DNA of 58,803 nucleotides from Eledone cirrhosa (Eukaryota): NCBI GenBank assembly GCA_964016885.1, contig CAXHJY010001467.1, positions 1 to 58,803 of the forward strand, read 5' to 3'. Shown piece by piece: positions 12,719 to 24,791 of this stretch (position 1 is its first letter; each line of letters starts with the position of its first letter). The notes under the pieces were generated by a model. It saw only the letters and a program-made list of their open reading frames with translations, ran no database searches and was not told where the DNA came from. The position numbers and the translations under genes were made by a program.

Positions 12719-12946
12719 CTGGGGATGTATAATAAATATACATTTGAGTATGTCTATCACCACCACTATACTGTCTTCCCCTGTTACATCTCCATCTGTT
12801 GCTTAAGCCACTACTACTACCACCACCATTTCATCTATCACCTTCTATACCCCTCCTGCACCACCACATCCAATTTTCTTCCAGTTGAAGACAACTTATC
12901 TTAAAAATTTAATTTTTTATAGTATTTTTAAGAGAGAAAGTGAAGG

Positions 12947-13056
12947 AGAGAGAGGGAGAGCCAGAGAGAGAGAGAGAGCCAGAGAGAGAGAACCAGAGAG
13001 AGAGAGAGAGAGAACGAGAGAGAGAACGAGAGAGAGAACGAGAGAACGAGAGAAAG
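12947..13056. repeat. (GA)n compound microsatellite
   Basis: Direct reading. Confidence 0.95.
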
Positions 13057-13246
13057 ATTTATTTTCTACACTGAATAGGTCAAATGACTATTTAAAAAAA
13101 AAAAAAATAAAAAAAAAAAAAATCCTCCCTGTATAAGTTGTGATAATGATGTTGGTAGTGAAGCTATAGAATGGTAGAGAACATGTTTTCAGTGCTGATA
13201 ATACACAAGAGATGATGATGATGACGATAATAATTATCATAGTGAG

Positions 13247-14045
13247 TGGTGGTGGTGGTGATTATCATCATGATCAGAATGGTGGTGGTGGTGGTGATTA
13301 TCACCATGATCAGAATGGTGGTGGTGGTGGTGGTGGTGATTATCACCATGATCAGAATGGTGGTGGTGGTGATTATCACCATGATCAGAATGGTGGTGGT
13401 GGTGGTGATTATCACCATGATCAGAATGGTGGTGGTGGTGGTGATTATCACCATGATCAGAATGGTGGTGGTGGTGGTGATTATCACCATGATCAGAATG
13501 GTGGTGGTGGTGGTGATTATCACCATGATCAGAATGGTGGTGGTGGTGGTGGTGATTATCACCATGATCAGAATGGTGGTGGTGGTGATTATCACCATGA
13601 TCAGAATGGTGGTGGTGGTGGTGATTATCACCATGATCAGAATGGTGGTGGTGGTGGTGATTATCACCATGATCAGAATGGTGGTGGTGGTGGTGATTAT
13701 CACCATGATCAGAATGGTGGTGGTGGTGGTGATTATCACCATGATCAGAATGGTGGTGGTGGTGGTGGTGATTATCACCATGATCAGAATGGTGGTGGTG
13801 GTGGTGATTATCACCATGATCAGAATGGTGGTGGTGGTGGTGATTATCACCATGATCAGAATGGTGGTGGTGGTGGTGGTGGTGATTATCACCATGATCA
13901 GAATGGTGGTGATTATCACCATGATCAGAATGGTGGTGGTGGTGGTGGTGGTGATTATCACCATGATCAGAATGGTGGTGGTGGTGGTGATTATCACCAT
14001 GATCAGAATGGTGGTGGTGGTGGTGATTATCACCATGATCAGAAT
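13247..14045. repeat. Minisatellite (GGT)2-7-GATTATCACCATGATCAGAAT, 22 units, followed by degenerate GGT/GAT/CAT triplets to about 14515
   Basis: 22 DYHHDQN units in the ORF track; 21-bp core essentially invariant, GGT number variable. Confidence 0.95.
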
Positions 14046-14550
14046 GATGGTGGTGGTGATGTTAGTGGTGATGGTGATGTTAGTGGTGGTGGTGATGGTG
14101 GTGATGGTAGTGGTGGTGGTGGTGATGGTGACAGTGATAATTATCATTATGATCATGATGATTATGCTGATGGTGGCAGTGATAGTGATGGTGACTACCA
14201 CCCTCATGGGCATAATGATGATGGTGATGATTATCACCATCATCATTATTATGCTCATGATTGCTCATGATCATTATGATGGTGGTAGTAGTGGTGGTGA
14301 TTATCATCATGGTGATTGTGATGATTATCACCATCATGACCATCATAATGATTATAGTAGTGGTAGTGGTGGTGGTGATTACCACCCTCATGATGATGAT
14401 GATGATGATGATGGTTGTTACCATCATAATCATAATGTAGATGGTAATGGTAATGTTGGCGATGGTGATGATCATGCTTATTAAGTTAGCAGTAAATGAT
14501 GGTGGTAATGATAACACTGAAAAATAATGTTAGAGAAGAATATTAAGTTA

Positions 14551-14590
<40 letters not shown>

Positions 14591-14884
14591 TAAGAAAAAA
14601 AAAACCTTTCAGACAAACTTATTTATCTATGTCAGGTTTTTATCTTCTTCCTCCCTCCACCTCACCCCTCCCCAATCTCCTTCAGGTATACATTAATTCT
14701 GTTCTTGTACTCTGTGTTGGATATGTATGTATGTGAACATATATATTTATGAAGGCACAGTGCTTTAATTACCACCCTTACCCCCACACAAGTCACTGAC
14801 CTATATATGAAGAAAGAAACAACAAGAACAACAACACACAAACAAGCCAAAATAAAAAAAAATAAAAAAAATAAAGCAACTTAC

Positions 14885-14946
14885 TGCTGAGAAGCAGTAG
14901 AAAAGAAAGAAAACTAACCATTCCACAGACTAAAATATTGATACAC
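14885..14946 (-). CDS. Candidate start-codon exon (62 bp), encodes hydrophobic MVSFLSFLLLLS
   Basis: Acceptor ttttctttctctAG, donor GCA/GTAAGT, ATG at 14921. Confidence 0.45.
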
Positions 14947-15062
14947 CTAGAGAAAGAAAATCATCCAATATTCCAATAAGATGTTTGTGATTTCTTACAT
15001 TTCAGTTACCACTTTATAAGATTGGTGAATTTTATGATTTTTACATGCAATATACTTTATGG

Positions 15063-15265
15063 CAGGCATATCAAAGATGCAGCCCGCGGGTTGCATACAG
15101 CCCATTGCAAGCACACCTGCGGCTGCACAAAAACTTTTACATCACAAACGTTTTATCTTTGTAATAAAAAAATTAGTTGTAATCTGCGCAATTAGTTATG
15201 TGTGGCCCTCAGACAACACATGTGACCCATGTGGTCCTTGGGGGACCCTCAGTTTGACATGCCTG
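15063..15265. mobile_element. hAT (Charlie-like) MITE
   Basis: TIRs CAGGCATATCAAA / TTTGACATGCCTG; imperfect 8-bp TSD CTTTATGG / CTTTACAG. Confidence 0.8.
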
Positions 15266-15419
15266 CTTTACAGTATTTGTCCCACCTCACTGCATGCTCC
15301 GAGTTAAAATCCCGCCGTGGTCAACATTCGCCTTTCATCCCTTTGAGGTCAATAACAAAAAAAAAAGTACCAGCCCAGTACTGGGGGTTGATTCTTCCTC
15401 TATAGAGAAAAAAAAAAAT

Positions 15420-15792
15420 ATCGGATGTTTCAGAGCTGGAGAGAGTCAGGCTCTGCTACAGTGCATAGCTTGGAGACCACAGGGTCACTCCAGGTTGAGC
15501 TGCTACTTTTCTGAATTAAGAGATCACAGCTCTGATACTATGGGTATGTGGTTAGAATGTCTCAGGAAAGAATCTCTGGACAGATTTTACTGCCAAAATC
15601 CAACAGGCAGGAGACCTAGGGGTAGAGACCCTGAGTAAGATGGTTGGATAACATCCATGAGCTTGGCTGGTCTCGTTTGGAGATCCAGCTGGATGAGTTG
15701 GAGACTGTTGCTTCTGTCAGGACCTGCTAGAGGGAGTATTTAAGGACTGCCTCCACAACCCTTTCAAAAATAAGCCGGCAAAGAAGAAGAAG
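15420..15792 (+). mobile_element. Rex3/Expander-like RTE 3' fragment (family D)
   Basis: Consensus with copies at 26255-26545, 39465-39740 and 47765-48290 reads approximately IERSQLRYYGHVVRMSQER..PTGRRPRGRP..WLDNIHELGWSRLGIQ; GAA-rich tail. Confidence 0.75.
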
Positions 15793-16549
15793 ATAATTAG
15801 ATACTCACAAATTGAAGTTGAACTATTTTCTAATATATCAGTTGCATGCATGGGTCCTGAACTCCAGATTGAGTTAAAGGGACCATAGAGGCATTTTTAA
15901 AACCCGATGAAGCTCATCCCCACTCAAAGTCTGAACATAGCTAATTTGTGTGAGAGCGAGCGCTCTTCTGTGCGAGAGGGAGCAAGACTCCTCGCCCCTC
16001 CTCAGGAATAAGTGAGTGAAGAAGAAGATATACACAGTAGCATATTGCTGTGGTGGGGGTGCAACTATCTCACACACTCCAAAAGAATGTCGGAAAATTT
16101 TGAATGTCTTAAAAAAAAAACAAAAAAAAAAAAAAACACCAAAGGAGTAACACACACACACACACACAGTAGTTCTGTCTAGGTAGCCTCCACAATGCAA
16201 CAAAGTGGGGTTGGAGAGAGGGAAGACAAAGAAGAAAGAAACAAACAAACAGGAAAAGACAAGAATCAGAGATAATGTTACCGTGGAAATATTTTGGGAC
16301 TAATAAATATTTCCAAGGTAACATCTGATTTTTGTTTTTCTTCCTCCCTGCCCCCATCTTGTTACCTTAAACTCTACCTCACTTGAATTGTAGCAGCTTC
16401 CTACACACCCATTTTCCATATCTCTCACTCACACACACACACACTTCTTACATCTTGTATATATTTGGTTCAAGATATGTATATTATATCTCTCCCTACA
16501 TATTGTATATTGTATCTCTACATATATACTGTATCCCTCCCTACATGTT

Positions 16550-16785
16550 CATCATCGTTTAATGTCTATCTTCCACGCTAGCATGAATGAGTTAGACGGG
16601 AATTGTCCCACCATGTCTTGCTTGTATAGGACTGTTTCTGGCAGGTTTTCTACGGCTGGATGCCCTTCCTAACACCAACCACATTTACAGTGTGGACTGG
16701 GAGCCTTTTTACCGTGTCTCCTACATGACCACATTACAGAGTGGACTGGGTGTTGTGGTACCAACATAACTTTACAGAGAAAGGG
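16550..16785 (-). mobile_element. Family C fragment
   Basis: RTE-type tail plus GGATGCCCTTCCTAACACCAACC. Confidence 0.75.
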
Positions 16786-17464
16786 TGTATACTATGTCCC
16801 TCCTTACATGTATATTAGTATCTCCCTACATGTTCTATATTGTACCTCTCCCTACATGTATACTGTGTCTTCCTACACGTGTATTGTGTCCTTCCCTACA
16901 TGTATCTTGTATTTCTCCCTACAGGGAGGACATCTGGCTATTTAAAACATTGTCCACCCCTAGCCCCAAAAGTGGAGTGGGGGGGGGGGGGGGTACCATG
17001 ATAAGTGTGCAGACTGTCATGGGTGGTATAATGATTAATTAACCCATGCTCTGGCAGGGAGAAATGGCTTTATGATGCTTGTATATGTAAATGTGTGTAT
17101 GTGTACAAGTATCAGTATGTGTGTGCGTATGTGTATGCATATATATGTTGTGTGCGCCGCGTATGTGTTGTGTGTGCGTAGGTATGTGTAGGTATATATG
17201 AGTAGGTGTATATAATTCTTAAATGGTAAATGTATAAATGATACAAAACCGATTTAAAAAAGTTTATATTTATCTAAAATAAAATAAAAAGAATCCGTCA
17301 TAAATTTTATGTAGGGACCTTCATTACATTATATGATATGATTCTTACATTAAAGATAAGTTTTGAAATAAATATTCTGCAAAGTATTTAATTTTATTTT
17401 ATTTAAATTTTCTAATTAATAAATAGTACACCACACCAGCAGGGCCATAATTAAATAGCTTAAA

Positions 17465-17645
17465 TTGTTTCTACTTTTGGCACAAGGCCAGCACACATCC
17501 CAGTGCATTACTGGTACTTTATTTTATCGACTCCATAAGGATGAAAGGCAAAGTTAACCTTGGCGGGATTTTAACTCAGACCGTAAAGGGCCATAACTAT
17601 GCTGCAAAGCATGGCGTCCAACCCTCTACCGATACTGCCAATGCT
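17465..17645 (-). mobile_element. SINE family B
   Basis: Reverse complement of the family B consensus. Confidence 0.8.
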
Positions 17646-18059
17646 CCCCAAAATAATATTACTCCATTCACCTCACCAATGCCAAATCATTTAGTGTTGT
17701 AAATTCCTTTGCCCACATAAGCTGTACAAATTAAGAACTTCTGGATTATAGTTAAATTTAGGTTTACAATGTTTATCTAAAATATTTCACTTATTAGAGA
17801 CTAACTGAAAACAGATACAGTTTAGAGATGTGAAAAAATATCTAAAAAGTAAAAATATTTTATTTTTTATTTTATGTATCTTTTTAGTTAAGTGGGCACG
17901 CATGCACAAACAAACAAGCTTACATTCTCAAGTATACGTATTAGATAAAATAAATACCATACTGAAATAGATTTTTTACAAATAATTTCTGAAATTGCTA
18001 AAGTGAAAGCACATACTGAAAATTTTATATTAAGTAGTCAGTGTTACACTTAAATGCAA

Positions 18060-18828
18060 TTGGTACAAATGTGCAAAGTGCAATGCTGCATGGTAGTGAA
18101 ACATGAGCTATGACTGCAGATGGTATCAGATGGAGTGAAATGAAGCAACCATGCTTCATTGGATATGCAATGTAACTGAGAAAGGCAGAGCTTGGATCAA
18201 CTGAGGGAGAAACATGGGCAGTGACTGCAGAGGACATGTGTAGGCTGGAGTGAGATGAAGCAACCATGCTTTGTTGGATGTGTGATGTAAATGTGAGAGA
18301 AAGGCTGAGCTTGGATCAACCGAGGGAGAAATTGGGTTTAAGAGGAATCCAAGGTAGTGTGCAGGAGAGAAGACTGTGTTGGTATGGACATGTGATGTGC
18401 ATGGATGATGATCACTGGGTGAAATCCCAGTGAAAGGACGCCACAATGGAGGTAGACCAAGAAAGACCTGGGCAGAGGTGGTGAGAGCTGATCTCAAACC
18501 AGCTGGGACTCAGAGGAGATGACAAAGGAACATAATTGTTTCTACTTTAGGCACAAGGCCAGCAATTACCCAGTGCATTACTGGTACTTTATTTTATCGA
18601 CCTCGTAAGGATGAAAGGCAAAGTCAACCTCGGCGGGATTTGAACTCAGTTCGTAAAGGGACGTAACACGCTGGAAAGCATGGCGTCCGACCCTCTACCG
18701 ATACTGCCAATCCACCGCCCTTGACAAGGACAAAGGAACATAATGAATGGAGAGATGTTGCGCTGAAAAGGACCTGTCCCACCCACCCACCCATGCAAGC
18801 ACGGAAAGAGACGTAAAAATGATGATGA
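18060..18828 (+). mobile_element. Decayed RTE 3' fragment with internal duplication, interrupted by a SINE
   Basis: AMLHGSET, RRLCWYGHVM, GRPRKTWAEVV motifs; tail CCCATGCAAGCACGGAAAGAGACGTAAAAATGATGATG. Confidence 0.8.
18537..18720 (-). mobile_element. Full-length young SINE family B with 16-bp TSD
   Basis: GACAAAGGAACATAAT at 18521-18536 and 18729-18744; CpGs intact. Confidence 0.9.
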
Positions 18829-19380
18829 ATATAACAAAAATTAAAACCAGTAACAACACACACACACACACACACACACACAATCTTGAGTCTTTTTAGT
18901 TTGGTTGAATTATGTTAATATGTTGCTGGACCTAGCAAATATAACTGCAATAGTGAATAAAACTCTGTAATAGAGTTTCTTAAAAATCAGACAAGAAGAC
19001 CTTAGCTAAATCCTGGCAGAGGCTACCAGACACTCCCTTAATATATTAGACATCATAAAACCTTTTTTTTTTTTAGGGATAAAGAAACTATCGCTGTCAA
19101 TGATAAAATTCATAATCCCAAAAGGAGCGTTCCGAGGAACCATTCTGGTACCATTCTTTGTAATAACTAATAGCTATCTCTTAGTGGAAATCTCCCTGAC
19201 CCATGGCACCAGAAATCTCCAAAGAACTCAAGAGAATTGAGCCACATTAAGAATATACAACAGTTATGTATAGGGGAAAACAATGCATACACTAATATAG
19301 AAATTGGTCCCATGATCTCTATTAACCATTTCAATATGAAACCACCTAAAACTATTGGTTCTGTGATACAAAACTTTTAT

Positions 19381-19520
19381 TTAACCCTTTAGCATTTACA
19401 TTACTTTATATATATATACTATTATATTTTTACGGTAAATATTGAATCTATGAGATTGATATCTATTTTGAGAACAATACTGTAACATCACTATGAGTGG
19501 CCAGTTACAGCTGGTTTGAA
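19381..19520. mobile_element. TTAA/piggyBac-type MITE, partial
   Basis: TTAACCCTTTAGCATTTACATTACT end; matches 40154-40378. Confidence 0.7.
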
Positions 19521-20539
19521 CTGAAATGTAAACGAAACTTGAAACTTCGTTCTTTATATATCAATCGACTTTCATCAAATCGGACCGAGGAAACAATGTT
19601 TCTGTTGGTCTTTCCAATTGCTAATACTATCTCTCGGTCGTAACTCCAGGTAGAAGGAGTAACGTGAAATAAAGTGTCTTGCTCAAGGACATAACGCATT
19701 GCCCAGGGCAGGAATTGAACTCACAACCTCACAATTGTGAATCCAATTCTCTTACCACCCAGCCACGCGCCTTCACTCATTATATATCATATTTCAACAA
19801 AACCCAAGTGTCATTTTATAAATACATGTATGTCGCAGCAATATCCAATTCTAAAGTACCGATTATAAAAACAACAACCATACCACGCAACATCACATCA
19901 TTGGGGTTCCTGAGTTTCTGAGCAGTAAAACGTGTGGAGAAGGAAAAGGTAGAAATGGAAGGGAGGGAAGGATTCTTTTTTTTATGCCTATTGCTATGAC
20001 ATATGCAAGATGATAAGAGAGTATCATTTTACAGAAGTATTTTATCTTATATCACAAATTTGTAGGAGGAGGGTGATGGGACAGGGGAGAGAAGGGGTAG
20101 GGTAGCACTGACGAGGGGCAGGGGTAGCGTTGATTGAAATAAATTGACCCTGATACATGCATGAGTGTTAGGTATTTTATCAACCACGAAGAAGTGTTGA
20201 AAACGAGTTGACACTGGTTAATCTGAATATAGCATGTAGAGGTATGAAACTGGTATGAAAATAGTAAGGTAATTTACTACTAATCTGACACACAAACACA
20301 CACCCACACAGAAACATACAAAAACACACCCACACAGAAATACAGTTTCTGTTACTTTGCTATCTTTAGTGTCAGTAGTTTGTCATGTATAATACAGGCA
20401 TGGCCGCGAATTATAAAATCTCCCAATCCAGGTTCAGTCCCACTGCATGGTACCTTGGATTAAGTGTCTTATACGGATGCCTGTTGGATGGATTCTACCT
20501 GTATAGTATTTCAAAGGTTCAGCCTTTTTATATATTGGC

Positions 20540-20920
20540 AATTGGAAGGGCATTCAGCCATAGAAAGCTTGCCAAACAAAGGGGTGAGAGGGCCCTCCAG
20601 TTGTGTCAAGGACATGACAACCCCTCTAGTGTTGGTGATTTACACAATAAATGCACCCAGTATATGCTATAAAGTGATTGATGATAAAAATGCATCCAGC
20701 TGGAGAAAGCTTGCCAAACAAAGGGTTGAGAGGACCCATCAGTTGTGTCAAAGCAAGACAACTTCATTAGTGTTGGTGATATACTCTAGAAACACACCCA
20801 GTACATGCTGTAAACTGGTTGGTGATAGGAAAGGCATCCAGCCATAGAAAGCTTGCCAAAGAAGGGGTTTGAAGGACCCTCCAGTTGTGTCAAAAACATG
20901 ACAACCTCCTAGTGCTATGA
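20540..20920 (+). repeat. About 3 tandem ~130-bp units derived from a SINE body
   Basis: GCATCCAGCCATAGAAAGCTTGCCAAA..CCAGTTGTGTCAA recurs three times. Confidence 0.75.
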
Positions 20921-21237
20921 TAAAATGCACTCAGACCAGCATGGGACTGTATGTAAGCTAGACAGCCCCAGCCCATCTGGGAGGTCAGTAGACCCACTTC
21001 AGTACTAACTAGGTCTGTGAAAACCCATCCAATCCTTGTTAACAGGGAAAGCAAACGTTAAATCATAATGACGAATGATGACGTCACATCGATTCTGCCC
21101 AAGAATTATATTAAAAGGTTATACATGTCTGTGAAAAACTTAATTTAATGAGTAAGATAAAGTTAGCTAAATAACTATGTTCATTGTCAAAACAGACGAA
21201 GGATTCGCCATGTGTTGTATCACGCACACAACACAAT

Positions 21238-21668
21238 CAGAGTACAAGCACGAGACGGTCCGAGCATGAGCACGAGACGGTCCGAGCATGAGCACAAGAC
21301 GGTCCGAGCATGAGCACGAGACGGTCCGAGTATGAGCACGAGACGGTCTGAGTATAAGCACGAGACGGTCCTAGTATAAGCACTAGACGGTCCTAGTATA
21401 AGCACGAGACGGTCCTAGTATAAGCACTAGACGGTCCTAGTACAAGCACTAGACGGTCCTAGTACAAGCACGAGACGGTCCTAGTACAAGCACTAGACGG
21501 TCCGAGTATAAGCACGAGACGGTCCGAGTATAAGCACGAGACGGTCCGAGTATAAGCACGAGACGGTCCGAGTATAAGCACGAGACGGCCCGAGTATGAG
21601 CACGAGACGGTCCGAGTATGAGCACGAGACGGTCCGAGTATGAGCACGGGACGGTCCGAGTATAAGCT
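21238..21668. repeat. 21-bp minisatellite (AGTATAAGCACGAGACGGTCC[G/T]-type), about 20 copies
   Basis: Direct reading; no spacers; variant units occur in blocks. Confidence 0.95.
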
Positions 21669-21852
21669 GACTACCACATATTATATAACAGAGAAATAGG
21701 CAAACATTCAGACCCCGTGGTATAAGCCAAGACAGGTAATCAACACATTATGGTTAGATGGCGTAACCATAACTAAATTCTCATGAGTAGAGAATATTTT
21801 TATGAAGTTTTAATTTTTTGATATCTAAAATACTTTTAAGTGTCATTTAGAG

Positions 21853-22257
21853 CAACAGTCACCAACTGTTGGTCTGTGGAAAATTTTGTTGGTCTGCAGA
21901 AAAATGTGGACATTATTTACAATTTTTATGTTTTATTCATAATAAAACGAAAATAATATTTGGTTAAAATATATTTTATAACACCCCTAAAAAATGTTTC
22001 TCTTCAGTGAAGAACTAACATTCATGAAAGAATTTTACACATATGTATCATCTATTGACAATATGGCACACATACACTTCAGCATTGTTTAATAAAATGG
22101 TAGTTCACTGATCATTATTTTACAAAAGTACCAGTAATGCATTGGGTAATTGCTGTCCTTGTGCCAAAAGTAGAAACAATTATTTTACAAATGCATTTAT
22201 CATTTTAAAAACATTCATATAAGTGGTCCATGATGCCTGAAAGGTTGGTGACCGCTG
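21853..22257. mobile_element. hAT (Charlie-like) non-autonomous element
   Basis: TIRs CAACAGTCACCAAC / GTTGGTGACCGCTG; degenerate 8-bp TSD ATTTAGAG / TACTAGAG. Confidence 0.65.
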
Positions 22258-22271
22258 TACTAGAGCATAGA

Positions 22272-22660
22272 TCTATGAAGTGCAAAGTCTTCAAAGCTAT
22301 GGCTGAAACCACCTTACTATATGGTTCAGAATCCTGGACTCAGTGTCACCTGCTCAAGGAGACTTGGTGGCCCCTACACCAAGATGTTAGGTGTGGTGCT
22401 CAGAAGTATTTTATCTTCTATCACACTACCAACAAAGTTCTTTATGGTGGTCTGCCACAAGTTTCATTGAAAGTTCAATCCTGTCACTTGGCTCTTGCTG
22501 GTCATGTTTCCAACCATGATGAACCTGCAGAGAAACTGCTTCTCTAATCACCAGATGTAAAGTACTAAGTGGGACATCCAGACATAACCATCAGGACTGT
22601 TGGTAACACTAGCCTCGCTGGATAGGATCTTCTTGCTGTGATAAGATATTGGGAAGTCTT
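22272..22660 (+). mobile_element. Old RTE/RTE-X-like LINE 3' fragment
   Basis: KVFKAMAETTLLYGSESWT...LALAGHVSNHDEPAEKLLL. Confidence 0.7.
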
Positions 22661-23262
22661 CTCTAGTCACCAGATGTAAAACACCAAGTGGGACATCGAG
22701 ACATAACCATCAGGACTGTTGGTGACACTGGCCTCACTGGATAGGATCTTGCTGTGATAAGATATTGGGAAGTCTTCTCTGGTCACCAGATGTAAAGCAC
22801 CAAGTGGGACATCTAGACATAACCATCAGGACTGTTGGTGACACTGGCCTCACTGGATAGGATCTTCTTGCTGTGATAAGATATTGGGAAGTCTTCTCTG
22901 GTCACCAGATGTAAAGCACTAAGTGGGACATCTAGACATAACCATCAGGACTCTGTTGACAAGGGACACTGGCCTCACTGGATAGGATCTTCTTGCTGTG
23001 ATAAGATATTGGGAAGTCTTCTCTAGTCACCAGATGTAAAGCACCAAGTGGGACATCCAGACATAACCATCAGGACTTTGTTGGTGACACTGGCCTCATT
23101 GGATAGGATCTTCTTGCTGTGATAAGATATTGGGAAGTCTTCTTTAGTCACCAGATGTAAAGTACCAAGTGAGATGTCCAGACATAACCATCAGGACTGT
23201 TGACAAGGGACACTGGCCTCTCTGGATAGGATCTTCTTGCTGCGATAAGATATTGGGAAATC
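22538..23262 (+). repeat. About 6 tandem ~118-125-bp units derived from the LINE end
   Basis: TCACCAGATGTAAAGCACCAAGTGGGACAT..GATAGGATCTTCTTGCTGTGATAAGATATTGGGAAG recurs six times. Confidence 0.95.
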
Positions 23263-24080
23263 TGGAAGAAGAACTTTGTACATGCTTCACCTTTTATGGA
23301 GGGAGGACTCAAAAAGACAAGACAAAGATTATAGTTTTTGTTTCACAACTTCATTACATAATGATTTTTAACCATTTCATGTGTTTTATAAAGTTTCAAC
23401 AAGTTTCTTGAATCTTTCTTTACTTCTTTTTAACAGACAACAGCAGCACCATCTTCTGAATATAACATTTCATTTAACATACAAATCAAATGAAATGAAT
23501 GTCTATATACAATAAATACGCACATACACACACACTATGTTTATGTGGTCGTATGTGTGTGTGTATCACTATGCACGATTATAAATTTGTGTGTCAATAT
23601 TTCTGTATATTTATAAAAGCATGTTTGTAAGATTTTATATATTCGTAACAGTGTTTCAATGGAAAATGTGTACACCCCCCACCTCAAGCCGTTTCCTTGA
23701 ATTGTCCATAAAATTATCAAATTGCATTCTTTTGCAGATTACAAAGGTGTGTGTGCCTGTGTAATTCCAGTGTACTTCCCCCACCTCAAGTTGCTTCTTT
23801 GAATCTTCCATAAAATTCTTTTGCAGATATTTTCCAAACGTGAGCATTAAAATCATAAATTTTGAATATATTGCCATTTTTATCCACAGAAATTACCAGA
23901 AGTATCCGTATGTAGTACTCCAGATATTTTGGCATTTTTTTTTTTTTTTTTTTTTTTTTTCATTTTCTTTTAGATATTGAAGTTGGTGAAAATCATCAAA
24001 AAAATATTGACCTCAAATATAAACTGACCCTACTATGCATTTTAACATTGAAAGAGCAAGATTCTATTTCACAACATAAG

Positions 24081-24111
<31 letters not shown>

Positions 24112-24284
24112 AATTGAAATTCTTAAGGTTCATGTAAAACTATCAAAGTGGGGGAAACAACTAAACAAAGAATGAAAACAGCCTCTAAATACATCAAACA
24201 TATTTTTCTCATGGTTAACTTTGCTCTATTTATTGACTACAGAAAGAAGTACAAATAATTTTTTGTCTGTATTATTAAGCCTTT

Positions 24285-24593
24285 AGGCACATGGCTTAGG
24301 TGGTTAGAGCATTGGCCTTGCAATCGAAAGGTTGTGAGTTCAATTCTCAGACCGGGTGATGTGTTGTTTCTTTGAGCAAGACACTTTTTCACATTGCTCC
24401 AGTTTACTCAGCTGTAGAAATGAGATGATAGGACTGGGGTCCCTATCCTTCCACTGCAAAAAAAAGCACCCACCACTCACTGTAAATGAGGTTGGTGTTA
24501 GGAAGGGCATCCAGCTGTAGAAATCGAGCCAGAATCAGTTCCCATCCCACCCTTGCAAGCAGGGAAAAGCAGACGTAAAATGATGATGATGAT
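24285..24593 (+). mobile_element. SINE family A
   Basis: Near-identical to 87-418, with a short internal deletion. Confidence 0.9.
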
Positions 24594-24599
24594 CATCAT

Positions 24600-24791
24600 T
24601 TAAACCCGCTATATTTGGCAAGAATTCTCTCACCGCTTCTGTCCAAACTGGCCATAACCGACTGCTTATACTGATGTTAAGGTATTGTTCTCAAAATAAA
24701 TAGCAAAATCTTATAGATTCGATATTATGTGAGAGTTATGTGAGGTAAAGCAGTTGTAAAAATATAGAGTAATGTAAATGTTAAAGGATTA
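24600..24791. mobile_element. TTAA/piggyBac-type MITE
   Basis: Matches the reverse complement of 40154-40378; end GTAATGTAAATGTTAAAGGATTAA. Confidence 0.7.

Noticed and set aside
13164-14517. Poly-Val/Ile and poly-Thr/Ile ORFs
   Set aside because: Alternative frames of the GGT minisatellite
15873-16005. CpG-containing patch with GATGA...CTGA (snoRNA or SECIS?)
   Set aside because: No proper C box, terminal stem or SECIS geometry; the TTAAAGGG start suggests a DNA-transposon end
19090-19320. GAFRGTILVPFF resembling the RT motif GVPQGTVLGP
   Set aside because: Too degraded to call; at most an ancient CR1/L2 relic
21238-23262. CRISPR-like arrays
   Set aside because: Units are contiguous with no unique spacers, no cas genes, eukaryotic context
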